Source: Cyanidioschyzon merolae
Lineage: Eukaryota
Length of the DNA: 64,000 nucleotides
Assembly: GCA_000091205.1 (NCBI GenBank)
Contig: AP006484.2
Strand: one strand, 5' to 3'
Shown here: piece after piece, positions 31,401 through 42,222 of the stretch
How positions within the stretch are numbered: position 1 is the first letter of the stretch
How the letters are laid out: each line of letters opens with the position of its first letter
Program-made: the position numbers and the translations under genes
The notes under the pieces: generated by a model
The model's input: only the letters and a program-made list of their open reading frames with translations
What the model was told of the DNA's origin: nothing
The model's database searches: none

Positions 31401-32435
31401 TTGTCGGATCTGGAGCATAGCGGGTCTCTGGCTGCTGGCATCTGGGATCCGCGGAAACTTGTATACGCGGCAGAGCTTGGTTGTGCCCTGCTCCAGACGG
31501 GAATCGCCTGGCTTGGAGCGTCGACCGCTCCACTAGGTCGTCTAAGAACGGGATCATTCGAGGCGGCTTGCGAGGACGCGGTGACCCCAAATGATGCCAT
31601 GGATACCGAGTTGTCGCATGACAACACGGACGGGTCCTTGTCAGCGTTTAACCATGCTGCACGCGTTGGGCTCGGTCCGCGGACCCGACTCATGATGCAA
31701 CTTCACCTCTGGGCTGCAGTGAGACTCGCGCCTCTTTTCCTCCTACAGCGTGGTATCGCCGGCTCGAGCGCTTGGAGCGGCGCGTTTGCTTCTCGAGAGC
31801 ACGCAATGCGTCTAGCGAACGACTGGCGTCAGATGCTCGAGGCATTTCAAGCGCTCGAAGCGGCAAGTTCCAGTCATCTGACTGTACCATCGCCGACACA
31901 GGCGCATGATTTGACGTTTTCGGACCTCGGCGGCTTGTTATTGGATCTGATTGCGGTCAGAGAGCACCTGGGGATGACGCTCCGCGCGGACGGCGTCGAA
32001 GTGGAATCTCCTCTGGATCTGCCGGTAGCAACGCTTTATCAAAGACTGCAACTCGTCGAAGAGGTTCGTGGGAGCCGCTTCGACATCTCATGGATTTTGC
32101 GTTTCTGTCAGCGGGTGTTGCGTTTTGCGGAAACGCAGTCGATTCCTTCTTGTCGCGGTACGCCGGCACTGTCATTGTTGGTGTATCACATTGCAGCAGT
32201 TGCTGGCCGACTGCTCTGTTTCAGTCTGATCCACGGCGACGCGTGGTCAGTGCTCGAGGATCCTGCAGATCGATCTGCGGCTCTGACTCGAATTCGAGGC
32301 CTGCTCGACGTGCTGCCGCTTCTAGAGGGAGATCGTCACCTGCTCTGGAGCGAACTAGAGTTTGCAGATGTAGCGTCCATGCGACAGAACCAGCGCTGGA
32401 TATTGCGAGACCCGCTGCGCGCGCTTCGTTTCTAG
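28485..32435 (+). CDS. Large hypothetical protein of 1316 aa with an internal Arg-Ser-Pro repeat region
   Basis: Uninterrupted ORF. The region 30480-30700 encodes 'RSPSPIPRSPRSPRSQLRASSRSPRSPRSPRSPRSPRSPRSQLRASSRSP...'. No catalytic domain was recognised. The start codon is uncertain because the N-terminus begins inside a low-complexity region. Confidence 0.5.
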   Translation: MVSSPAIQVSAVQRNVESGWRAPTGYSDSEDTDDGKDERLFRSGPRRIEVPSSSESETSTSPPSKLARSTPSASSASTDGITAGAGVDEEGNESDYVAPGVSFSRLARRYTLARSWLPGVHRALFATPDEAFGAPSTDTPMDMKQHNRSVARTQRPESRHIQATDGTGDRAAAERLEPLDAATAATLQLLQSSTSTELGEQRELHKAVELSRKSLIADTASMHATGQVSDAFRSRITEQTRAPSLLASETNVQVVSVAGTSPRTAVLRSLDQLLEERMRGLDIATAFMPMARVIGPLVFANGGGPERSAKRAACGVVYPSMKMWTPSKGTADRSELHLGLVRVADDAAIEASVHCEATSRYQTLGEALATGNRRHDFFQELVTRYRTQKDEHGEIVASLLDALYGDHAGAASTWYRFSAWLRDCACPKMQSVDEFRDDWQHARAVSAVSAASDGQALDEALFLLSGGQVLAAAQRLQKAGDLRLALLLSRCLDPHEDLALDAANQVETWENDGLSEKTLGARRLDLMYLLAGQVQRASGHALVSMDEPPWFCGPHLTWIRAFALFFWYARMDASRRDALQGSMDATAGAADTNDSCTDAYADDVRFRMRLSAALDAYETAWKAAMHLRSRSRDLDDDEEQDEHEDAEDAVRPSATRSPRSSPPAMHASSRSPSPIPRSPRSPRSQLRASSRSPRSPRSPRSPRSPRSPRSQLRASSRSPSPMPRSPRSQLRASSRSLRAVAAASLARVPPPLPPALDRAHRRGELRQLPLTADEAETGPEDRVTTLAVFDAVYVLLRWYCLSPTFCSRRYQLMPECFGLHKSDSLDFRLVWLLWECIGSGAWVSVPFDWIDPLLRAQCYEAYALQLESAGRPLEAIYVRATLSRGSDLLQYLCYLWPRLLRENVPDWPVSLPVAGELRGSGPSSEASWSTVRTAADIDSLPVMRWLRERVRLPRCWLLQAHYQWLEFALVAALSDLEHSGSLAAGIWDPRKLVYAAELGCALLQTGIAWLGASTAPLGRLRTGSFEAACEDAVTPNDAMDTELSHDNTDGSLSAFNHAARVGLGPRTRLMMQLHLWAAVRLAPLFLLQRGIAGSSAWSGAFASREHAMRLANDWRQMLEAFQALEAASSSHLTVPSPTQAHDLTFSDLGGLLLDLIAVREHLGMTLRADGVEVESPLDLPVATLYQRLQLVEEVRGSRFDISWILRFCQRVLRFAETQSIPSCRGTPALSLLVYHIAAVAGRLLCFSLIHGDAWSVLEDPADRSAALTRIRGLLDVLPLLEGDRHLLWSELEFADVASMRQNQRWILRDPLRALRF
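30487..30700 (+). repeat. In-frame 9-bp tandem array (agatcgcct)n encoding (RSP)n, interrupted by three copies of a longer unit 'agatcgcagctgcgtgcatcctctagatc'
   Basis: Read directly from the sequence: runs of 'cctagatcgcctagatcgcctagatcg...' interrupted three times by 'cagct[a/g]cgtgcatcctctagatc'. Confidence 0.85.
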
Positions 32436-34129
32436 GGCCATACCCGGATCACCGAGTAGGATGCGAGATACGAACCAGGGATGATGGGATCGGGGCCTTG
32501 CGAACGATGGGCGTACGACTGCCAGACCGCCTCGTGTGGATGGTGTCGGGCCTTGAATTCAGCGTTCGTGGATACCGATTGTTAATCTGTGACGGCCACT
32601 GACGGCAGCGTAAAGCAGCAGAAAAAGCATTGTGCAGCGTTCTTTAGACGCTATTCCGTTTGCACACGTGGATTTGACCATACTGACGGGAGCACGCGTG
32701 GTCGTACTCCGGTGCTGACCCCCGATGCCGCCGCTTCGGATCCTGCATGTGTTCGCTCAGCGGCCGTGTCGACGGCATATCATCCCATGGGAATGAGCAT
32801 CTGGTACTTTCGCTGCACCCCTGTTCTCATGCCAGGCTCGGACAAGTCCCGGCACACCGGGCGGCATCGCTTTGTAACTGCATCGAATTGTGGCAGCGTT
32901 GTGTATGACCACTGGACCAGCCATGCAGCGACTTCTTATCGCCGGCGGGGGGGGGGCCAGAAGCCGGCACCATTCTCAAGAGGTGCTTTTAGATCCGGAA
33001 ACTGCCGCGCGTGTCCAAAACGGACGAGCCGGCCTTCCGAACCAGCTCCCAGGGGAAAGTCGTGATACGCAGTCGAAAGCGGCGTAGCCGACGCTCAAGC
33101 CGAAGGCCGCCGACGCACCAACCAACATCGGTTGAAGCACCCAGTGCGTCAGCAGCGCCCAGACGGTGTGTACCGGAGACTCCGCGTCCTGCCGGAGGTC
33201 TGTGCGCGCCAAGACGCGGCCCCGAAACAGTGGTGCTGTCGGGGGAAGCGACGCTGGACTTTCACCAGAAATCGGTGCCGTTGCGTCACTGCGTCCGTCG
33301 TCGGAGACGCCCTCAGTATCGAGTTCACTATCACGATCAGGTTCTTCAGAAGACATCGCGCTCAGCGACTGCACATAGTCCCGCCGTTTGCGCGGTGACC
33401 AGTAGTTCGGGGACACCGATGCTCGCATGGTGGCAGCAGCGCGTACGCAGAGCACCTGCGAACGCGAGAAGTGCTCCGCAGGCGTTCCGGGTGGAGCGAC
33501 CTTTGGTGCATTGCCGCGCGCCACGCATGCTTGGCGGGAAAGATGTCACGAAAGCTTTGTGACACGCCATCGCCCTGACGCTCGCGTCGGCAGCGGCGCG
33601 CTGGCGTCGCATCGCATGTGCCGGGGGGCTCATGCGTGCAGCCTGTTCGTCACGACGCCGCCGTGACGCCAGCCCTGCATCGCTGGGGTACCCTGCGGAG
33701 GCGTTGCTTCCGTTGAGCATGTCTGCTGGTATGCGCTTTTTATCTTCAGAGAGCGTCCACCGTTCGTGGTTCAGTCCGCTGTCTCCTGACTCGCATGTTC
33801 ACAGCAGTCGTTCTTGTGCTGTTCCGCTTGTATGCGCGTTCGAAAGCTCCGTCTCATAACACGACGCTTGTTTAGACCGACCATTCGAAATGTACATGGG
33901 TCAGCGCGTGATGTCTACGGCCTAGAACTTATGTTGGAAATGTTTTTATTGCCGTATAAGCGATACTACACGATGCATCTGGATTGTCATGAAGCAAATT
34001 GCCGGTGTTTTGGGGACTGTTTTGGCGGCGCGCCGCATTGGGCGCTCTATACGCGCACTCATGCCTAAACTCACTCATGATCTCATGGCTAGGACAATGT
34101 CCTGTGATAGCCTTTCTGGGACACTGTCT

Positions 34130-34162
<33 letters not shown>

Positions 34163-34340
34163 ATAATGATGATTCTTATCGTTGACACCATTTCCATTTT
34201 GCACGGCTATCTGTGCTCGCGTCGGGCACCCGTTGGTACCTTCATACGAATGCTGGGTGCTCCTACTACCTTTTCAACTACGCGTGAGCATGAATGGTTT
34301 CTGATCCGAGTGCCTTGTGCCTTGCATCTCCTTGCAGTGC

Positions 34341-35492
34341 CTACTGCGATGTCGGGGTGCCTGCTCGCCCTGCTGCAAACTCGCGACGCACGCAGCTATC
34401 CAGCTGTCGTGTGGCCGGCAAGTACCAGCGCTTGCGCCAGTTTCCAAGGAGCAGACGCACCGGCGCCGGTAAGGTTGCTTTAAATCGTGCAAGCTCCTCC
34501 GGGTCATCTTTGATTGCTTCGTGAAAGCTAACAACATGAAGGCGTTTCTGCTCCATGCTGAGTCGGCGGCGCACCTGCTCCTCGAACCCACGCTGGACGC
34601 TGGTAGGAATTCGTTCTGCCACAGTTGCGATCACCATGAGCTGCTGACTCGTATACGCTTGCTCCATTTGGCGGGACAAGAGTCGAGCAGCCTGCTCTAG
34701 TCGCTGGCGATGCTGCGGGCACTGTGATGGGATAGCGCATGCCTCGACTTCGTCTCGGATGCGTTTTTCGAGCTCTTGAATACAGCGATCGTGTCTCTCG
34801 ATGGTTCGTTGAATTGGAGCGAATGTCTCCGTCGGAAGGTTCTTTTGAAGGAACGGAAGAAACACCTCGTTCTGCACGAGTCTAAAGTCACGAAGGTTGG
34901 TGTCCAGCAACCAGCGAACCGCCGAGTTCAGCGACTGTGCCGAGCACTGGTTACCGCCCCAGTCGCACTTGGACTTCCGGACAGCGCTTTCGAAACGCTT
35001 CGCGTCGCGCACCAGGGCAGCCTGGTGCCACCGCCACCCGTGAATGTGAAAACGGCTCAGTCGGTTTTGTCGCCTCTCAAGCGTCTCGAGCTCGCACTGC
35101 GTTCGAGCCATAAAAACCGCGCTCATGATCTCCATGAAGTTGAAATTGAAAGTTAAAGACAGGGATAACCGGTCCGTCGCTTTTCTCAGCAAAGCATAGA
35201 CTACGTATACTCTTGCACCTGAGCTCAAACGAGTACATGGGGGCGAACGGATGCGCACGAGGAGATCGCGCGCCACGGACCGCGGGGAGGCTGCTTGCGC
35301 GCGAGCGGGCATCGGCGATGCCAGGCCTCGTGCCGGTACCTTGCGGCGCACTGCATCTACCTGTTCATCCCCTGGACGGGGGTAACCGTGGTGTCGGCAC
35401 ATGGGGTGTCGCAGCTGCACCTGAAAGCATCGCATAGCTGTTTCGTGTCTGGATCGGTGACTGTGGCGTCGATGCGTACGGGTTCGCATCAA
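34341..35492 (-). CDS. Hypothetical protein; the real start is probably an internal Met, so the product is roughly 270-300 aa
   Basis: The ORF is continuous for 383 aa. The first approximately 110 aa are Arg/His-rich and look like upstream read-through. The core, 'MEIMSAVFMARTQCELETLERRQNRLSRFHIHGW...LLLGNWRKRWYLPATRQ', has no recognisable domain. Confidence 0.35.
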   Translation of the reverse strand: MMRTRTHRRHSHRSRHETAMRCFQVQLRHPMCRHHGYPRPGDEQVDAVRRKVPARGLASPMPARAQAASPRSVARDLLVRIRSPPCTRLSSGARVYVVYALLRKATDRLSLSLTFNFNFMEIMSAVFMARTQCELETLERRQNRLSRFHIHGWRWHQAALVRDAKRFESAVRKSKCDWGGNQCSAQSLNSAVRWLLDTNLRDFRLVQNEVFLPFLQKNLPTETFAPIQRTIERHDRCIQELEKRIRDEVEACAIPSQCPQHRQRLEQAARLLSRQMEQAYTSQQLMVIATVAERIPTSVQRGFEEQVRRRLSMEQKRLHVVSFHEAIKDDPEELARFKATLPAPVRLLLGNWRKRWYLPATRQLDSCVRREFAAGRAGTPTSQ

Positions 35493-36202
35493 GCACCTGA
35501 GGCGTACTCGCCAAGCACAGCTCGTCTGAATCTAGCACCCATTTCCGACGGGAAATGTAGTTTGGTGGCTACGGTACGCAGTAGCGTTCTTGAAGAAACT
35601 GAGGTCTACGGTGTCTCCTCTGGTAAACCTGGCGCAACAGAGGAGTTCCGATTACGTTTCAACTTCATTAGCCATCAGAGAGCACCGGTTGCATGCTGTG
35701 GCGCAGGTACTGCCCGACGTGTGAAAGGTGGACGTTTTCGTGGGCCATGTGTTTGCCGCTCTGCAAACTGGCACATCTCAGAGCGCCCAAACGCAAACGA
35801 ATCAACGATCCGCCAGTGAGTTCGGTGGTCTGCGATCCATCCTTTGGATACGCATACGCGAAGTATGCGTTTCACCCGGTCACTTGATTCGCAGACAGTA
35901 CTTCAGACACATCGATATTGTGCGATAAAGAAAGCGCTTCTGCTCGTTATATTCTAGCAAGCATACTCCGCGTGTACGACTGTAGCGCTTCTGCTCCTCA
36001 GTAGAGCGGGTACGCGTGTCCGCGCTCCTTTTCCACGCCAGCGCCGGGACTCGGCGGCCCGCAGCAGCGCTCTCGGTAGGCCGAGTGGTGCGAGCCGTCT
36101 GGCGTCGACGCTGCCGCATTCGGCATCGCAGCGGCACCTGGGATACGCCCCAGCAGGTGTGCTTTCTGTGTGTGTTTGTGACGAACTCTGAGAAGTGTCA
36201 TC

Positions 36203-36640
36203 ATGGCTGGTAACGGCGGCGAAACGGACCGTTACACTTGGACACAGACCCTTCAACAGGTGACTGTGGTCCTCAAGCACGACATTGCACAGAAACGAGA
36301 CCTCAAAGTCTCGTTCGACACAAATCGACTGCAGGTGCTCTACGGAGACAGCGTTCTGCTCGACGGCGAGTTGCATCGTCCGATCAAGCCTGGTGAGTCG
36401 CTTTGGTACTTGGAGGGAACCAGTCTGGTTCTGGAGCTGGAAAAGTCGAACAATATGGAGTGGTGGTCTCGGGTGCTCGTTGGAGACGCCGAGATCGACC
36501 CGTCCAAGTGCGAGCCCGAAACAAGTCGGTTGTCGGACCTTGACGGCGAAACGCGGCAGCTCGTCGAGAAAATGATGCTCCAACAGCGAGCCCGAATGTT
36601 TGCGGAGAGAGCACCTGGGAGTGGTGCGCCCGGGCCCTGA
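36203..36640 (+). CDS. NudC-family / CS-domain (p23-like) protein of 145 aa
   Basis: 'YTWTQTLQQVTVVLKHDI...LKVSFDTNRLQVLYGDSVLLDGELHRPIKPGESLWYLEGTSLVLELEKSNNMEWWSRVLVGDAEIDPSKCEPETSRLSDLDGETRQLVEKMM' follows the NudC C-terminal CS-domain pattern (Y-W-Q-T, W-L-ED, NMEWW, SKLSDLD-ETR). Confidence 0.7.
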   Translation: MAGNGGETDRYTWTQTLQQVTVVLKHDIAQKRDLKVSFDTNRLQVLYGDSVLLDGELHRPIKPGESLWYLEGTSLVLELEKSNNMEWWSRVLVGDAEIDPSKCEPETSRLSDLDGETRQLVEKMMLQQRARMFAERAPGSGAPGP

Positions 36641-39600
36641 AGCAGCGACTGGAGTGAGACTCAGTGCGAGTGCACCAACTCGCTTTATTGCCGATCAGCG
36701 TCAGGTTCAGCCCTGTCTTTTACATTGAACTCGGGCGACGTGATCGGTCGATTGAGAACTACCTGCTCTCTGGGTACGACGGAAATGTGATGCGGCTTGG
36801 CGTCTCGTACGGCATATGCACAAGTTCAGTGCAGTCACGTCCTGCACGCTTGCGCGTTGAACCATGACGCAACGTGTTCGGACGCGCACTTTCCGGCAGA
36901 CGCGTATCACAGAACCTGCGTTTGTCTCACGACACTGAAGCGTACGGAAATCTTCATTTGCGCGCTTCCGAGCAGAAGCACTTGGAGCTCGATTTCGGGG
37001 TCATGCTCTCACCACAGCTGGACGCGAGATCATCATAGTTCAATGTAAACCACGTTGTGCACCACGACGGTGTTCGGCCTGTGCAATCAGGCGCTCGCCG
37101 GCAGCATGGCGTGGTTGGCGGGCAAACGCGCGACTCCGATGGAATGCGTTTGGAGTCATGATATTCGTCGTGCAAACAGGAAGACGTTGTCGTTGACTTA
37201 TCTTGCCCGCCGTAGCTCCGCTGGGATCTCGGTCGCGTCAAGCTGGGGCACCGCTCCCTGCAGCCATCGCGGAGGTGGATAGCCATCTGCTCGCTCCTCC
37301 GGCTTGAATGGTACCGCTTTTACCAGAGAATATCCACAGAGTAGCGTCTGGCGCGCCAACTGCCAGTGGTCTCGACCCAAGTCTTGCCGCAGCTGTGCCC
37401 AGCGGTCCTGTTCCAGGCTCACAGGGCGGGCGTAGAACGGTACCGATCGCTGCAAACTGTAGCGTTCGAGTGCGTGCTCGGCGTCTTCGCGCTGTCTGTG
37501 GATAACCTTCCAAGCAAAGTTTGGCAAGTTCTGTATGAGATGGATAGCTGCCACAAAAAACCACATGCGCTAAGCTCTGAGCACTCCGCCCCTGGTCAAC
37601 CAGGCGTCCAAGAGTGTTTGCTTCTCTTTTCGCAGCACAGCGCAGAGGAAGAGCGCCACGAGCAGGTACGCACGCAGTCGTCGTTCGTAAAACTGGTTCG
37701 TAGACCAGGTGCTCGCCCTGATGACGTTCTGCACCGTTTGCTCTGTACCAGCAAAAGCGTGCGCTCCACGCTTCTCACTGTCGTTGAGAAAAAGTGAGCG
37801 ACTTGCCACCGTCTTGTGGTGCTAACGCGATTCGAACGCGTGCGGGCGTTGTGCCCAGAGGATCTTGAGTCCTCCCCCTTGAATGGGCATCTTCGAGCGC
37901 CGGTGCAGCTGCCTGATGGCGATCTTGCTGCCTGCGCGTCATGCAAACCACTCGGAGCATAGCACCTGTGCGAGGGTGTCAAGCGCTCGCCGCCTCTTCC
38001 GCACCGTGCCGTAAATTTGCATCCAAATTCATATATAAAGCCGTTTCTCGATTGCGCCAGTGTCGGATTTTTTTCCTTGACAGAACGTTTACCTAGGCCA
38101 GCGTTCTCCGATTATGCGCTTTTTCCTTTCTTTTTGGGGTTTTCAGTGCACTGCGAAGTATCCATCAAACACCCTACCCCCCGCTGCATTCCCTATACTT
38201 CTTCTCGGATATTCTGGTCGTTTCATACTTCGCATCGTGTGTGCCTGGTGCCTGCCGAAAGCGACCGCAATGGTGCCTCTAACGCCATTGCGGTCGCTGA
38301 ACGGATACAGAACTGCGCTGCCGTACCGCACAGAGGGCGTCGACTCGAGGCCCGTGTCGGACGCAGACTGAACGCTGAACGACTCGCTCTGTGCCCGATG
38401 TTCGTTATTTCTGAACCTTGTTTCGGTGTACTGGCTCGACATTCGAGGTGCAGCAGTAAATGAATCGGAATCGATCCGTATTTTAGGGTTTTCTGTCGTC
38501 TTTTTGGAGTGGCTTTGTTGACGATTTGTCGTTGGAATTATTTGCGTCACTGAATTCACGATGACGGACGACGAGATGAAACGGAGATTCGAAAAACGAA
38601 TGGAAACCGTTTCCCGACGCATACGAATGCGCTTCCACGCTCCTGCGTTTCTTTCGTGCAGCAGGTTCATACTATGTTTATGCTTCAAGTTATCGATCTT
38701 TGTGTTTCATGGCGGCCCGTTGGCGCAGAAGATCGCGCCCCTTGATAGACGGGCAGAGCAGAAACTTGTCATCGTCAATTGATGACTGGATCAAAACCTC
38801 ATCGCGCAAGTATACTGAGCTTGTCACGTCCCATAACCAACTCCGTTCAAAACACAAATCATTCTCTGCTTTAGACGTCGGAGAAACTGCACGCGAACCA
38901 GCATGATGCTTCGCATGGGATGCGCTCCGAAACGCTCCTGTCCTTTCTGTTTGCAGGGAAAAGGGCCTCGGACTCAGACTCTAGTGATCCCAGCGATCAC
39001 TGCCATCGGAGCGTGCGTCAGCGTTTTCCAAGATGGCAGCGTAGACGAATCGAAGTATTTCGACTTGATCACCGTCTTGGATTTTCCTTCCGGTACTTGT
39101 TTCATCATGGACGACATCGTGTTCCACAAACACTCTGTCGAATGAGATAGTGTGCGCTTGCGTGTGCAGCCTGCAATGACCTCCGCGAGGCCATCGCTCC
39201 GACCTGGCGCGTTCTCGTAGGTTATTGAACTTGAACGGGAAACGAAAACGAGCGTCGATTGAAGCCGTCCTTGCCAGTCAAAGGCGTGTCGCGACTAGTG
39301 AAGCAAACGTTCACGCACTACAAAACGACACTCGGGGGACGAGGAGATGTCGTATATTCGTATGAGTACAGATGATCTCAATCAAATTCCGACGTGTCGA
39401 ACGGCGTTCCGGGTCCGAATACAAAGAAGATACAAAAAGCAAGCGATGCACAGATCATAATTTCCATATGTGCATAAAACTCGTCGAAAAAAAGCCAAAA
39501 GCACAGCAATAAGGAATCGAATGCTGCCATGAACATGCTTCCACCGTTGACAGCGAAGCTGGAAGGACAGAAGCGAACGGCGTACTGAGAAGCATAGGTT

Positions 39601-40431
39601 ACAGAGGGGAAAAACAAGCATTCACATATTTATCCAGCATCTGATGGTCTGGAGCACAGCGAAGAGCGTCGCAAGCCTTCAGCAAGGACGCCTGTGTTGG
39701 AGCACTTGCCCCATTGAAGTCTGATACGGGTATCATGGTACGCATTGACATTGAAATCGATGCATTATACGGGTTAGCGACGCTTGGACAGAGCTCTAGA
39801 GTAAATGGAGCCACCACAATGCTGCCACAGAGTCCCTGCGGCAGGCCCGTCGTCGTTCGAGCACATGGTCATGTGCACAACGAGTCGTTGCAGTTGCAGT
39901 GACTTGGTGTTCGTAGACCGCAACACCATAGGACGCAAGTGTTGCTGGCGCAGGTCGGAACGACGAGTCCACAACATGCGTACAGTGCACAGCTGCCGCG
40001 TTACACGGCAGCTGTGGCGCTGCTTCAGAGGCTAGAGACGCTGCTGCGACCTGACCAGGTGATCGGGAACCTGCAGGGGTAATTTGATCGCCACTGTATC
40101 CAGAGGCTAGAGATGCTGCTGCGACCTAACCAGGTCACATGATCTCTGAAACCGGCAATGTAATCTTGAATGTACGTTGCTGGATGCGCGTTGGGTCAAC
40201 AGAAATTGTATTCCGCGTTTCTCGAGCTTCTTAGGCAGACATTGCGCTAGAGAACCTCCACAGTGCTCGGAAAGAGAAAGACCTACAGGTATCCTCCTGG
40301 ACATGAACGCATCATCTGTTCCGGTTCACAGCGGAGAGCGTGGATCGCTTGACGCCTCAGCACCGCGATAACTTGTCTCGGTAACGAGGCTACGTACAGC
40401 ACGACTGCTCGTCGCATCGGAACGGTTGGCC

Positions 40432-41796
40432 TCAAGCGGACGCTCGCAGCCGCCGCCTCGGCGTCAAAGACTCGCTTTCGTTCTCTTTTGAAGCATCGCC
40501 TGTAATCCATTCGATGCCACGCGTCACAATACACGTCATATGGGCATCAGGTCCGTAGACCTCTACCGGAATGCCGAGCTGCTCGCCAACCTCTTCCATC
40601 ATACGCAAACCGGTTTCGTAGTTCGGACCTCCGCGTCGAACGAAGAGTTTCATTCGCGCTACCTGCAGCTTTCCTGCAAAATCCTTCAAGGCCTGAACAA
40701 TACCAGTAAAGGTCGCTGCAACGTCGGTAAAATTCGCAATCCCGCCACCTATGAGGAGGCAACGCGGCCTCCCGTCCGGCTCATTTGTAGCCAGTTCGAG
40801 GATCGCTCGAGCAAATAGATAGGTTTCTTCTGGCTTCGGATTACCGCTATATTCCGCATAATTTGCAAGTTCGTCACCGTACCCGAGATCGACGACGGTA
40901 TCGCTGTAAATAACAGAAGCTCCGCCGCCAGCAACCATCGTCCAAATCCTGCCCTTCGGATTCAGAACCGTCAGTTTGAGCGATGCGCTCGATGTGGCAT
41001 CCAGGTTCGCAACCAAGCGCTCTTGAGGCCACTTGGAGCATCCCCAGGGTTCAGGAAACTGTACGTTCAGCCATTTGCGAGCGTTTTTGAATCCTGCGTA
41101 CGAGTCGAGCTCGGCACGCAGGTCCAGAGGCCACACCTGCGGCTCGGGTGCAGGTTGACCATCATCACCAGGGAACGCAGCTATGGTCAACGGGTTCATC
41201 TCAAGGAACGTAAAGTCCAGATCATCGAATATGGCGTACAACCTATCTACATAGGCTTCCAAAACCTGGCGCGATTGCTCACGCGCAACGTCCGTAAACA
41301 GCTCGGCAAAGTGACGCTCCTGGAGCGTCTCCGTCGGACCCAGTTGCACCGTTCTAAGTTTATCCCAGTTCTCTTCAACATCCATACCACCAGCGCAGCT
41401 GAAACTGATCACGTTACCGTTGCGGACACTTTGAATACTCAGATAATACTCGACGTCGTGGGGAAGGTACGGCTCGACGATGCAGGTTGTGATTCGCCCG
41501 CGAACGCCCTGAACCTCGATCTCGCCCCGTCGCTTTATGAGATCCTCAGCGAAATCTACCGCTTGTTCAAGGTCCGCCTTTAGTAGCACCAGGTTTTGCT
41601 TTCCGCGTTTTCCGAACAACATATCCGGTTTCACGACGAGTTGGCAGGACGCGAGCCACGGCTGCTCTGGCAAGCTCTCCACGAGACTGCGGTTCGCTTG
41701 AACCTGCACCGCGCGTAGCCGTCGACCCATGTGGTGACTCAGGAGCCGTTTAGCGTCGTATTCGCGAATCTTCTTCCACGCCATAGTGTCGAACAC
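40432..41796 (-). CDS. ATP-citrate lyase small subunit (ACLA-type: ATP-grasp and citrate-binding half only), about 450 aa; the likely start is Met5 at 41784
   Basis: 'MAWKKIREYDAKRLL' matches the ACLA N-terminus. 'SLKLTVLNPKGRIWTMVAGGGASVIYSDTVVDLGYGDELANYAEYSGNPKPEETY...LLIGGGIANFTDVAATFTGIVQALKDF...LFVRRGGPNYETGLRMMEEVGEQLGIPVEVYGPDAHMTCIV' matches the ACLY/ACLA core. The ORF stops where fused ACLY continues into the CoA-ligase and citrate-synthase half. Confidence 0.85.
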   Translation of the reverse strand: MFDTMAWKKIREYDAKRLLSHHMGRRLRAVQVQANRSLVESLPEQPWLASCQLVVKPDMLFGKRGKQNLVLLKADLEQAVDFAEDLIKRRGEIEVQGVRGRITTCIVEPYLPHDVEYYLSIQSVRNGNVISFSCAGGMDVEENWDKLRTVQLGPTETLQERHFAELFTDVAREQSRQVLEAYVDRLYAIFDDLDFTFLEMNPLTIAAFPGDDGQPAPEPQVWPLDLRAELDSYAGFKNARKWLNVQFPEPWGCSKWPQERLVANLDATSSASLKLTVLNPKGRIWTMVAGGGASVIYSDTVVDLGYGDELANYAEYSGNPKPEETYLFARAILELATNEPDGRPRCLLIGGGIANFTDVAATFTGIVQALKDFAGKLQVARMKLFVRRGGPNYETGLRMMEEVGEQLGIPVEVYGPDAHMTCIVTRGIEWITGDASKENESESLTPRRRLRASA

Positions 41797-42222
41797 CTAG
41801 AGCTTGCGCTCAAGCACCCGAATGCCAGCGCAGAAACGTATCGACCGCACCGGCGCCGGGGCTTGTTCTCAGCACTGGACGATGGGCGCGCTCCTGTCAG
41901 GTTGTTTGACGCAAGTACGCCTGACGGGATATACGTCAATGGAAGCGGTGCGCTTTGGTGACCAAGAGTCGGAAAAGTGACTTTGAGGCACGTGCTCTGG
42001 TCCAGGAGGTTACGCAGCTGTCTCGCATGAAAGGACTGGCTTGCCAAGCACCAGGTCTGAACGTCCAGTGTTTCGCGTAGCTTGCGGACGTTCGAGCGGT
42101 GGAGCTTTTCGCCGAGAATCGAGCGCGTTTCTCGCTCGACATCACTGATCGCTGGCCTGTTTGCCCGCCCGTATGATCGTCGGCTGGTTTGATGGCTACT
42201 TTCCCCAATTGTTATTGAAGCG

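Noticed and set aside
32941-32952. A G10 homopolymer run
   Set aside because: It is a single short homopolymer in non-coding DNA downstream of the 28485-32435 gene. It is most likely trivial, though it is a possible sequencing-error hotspot.
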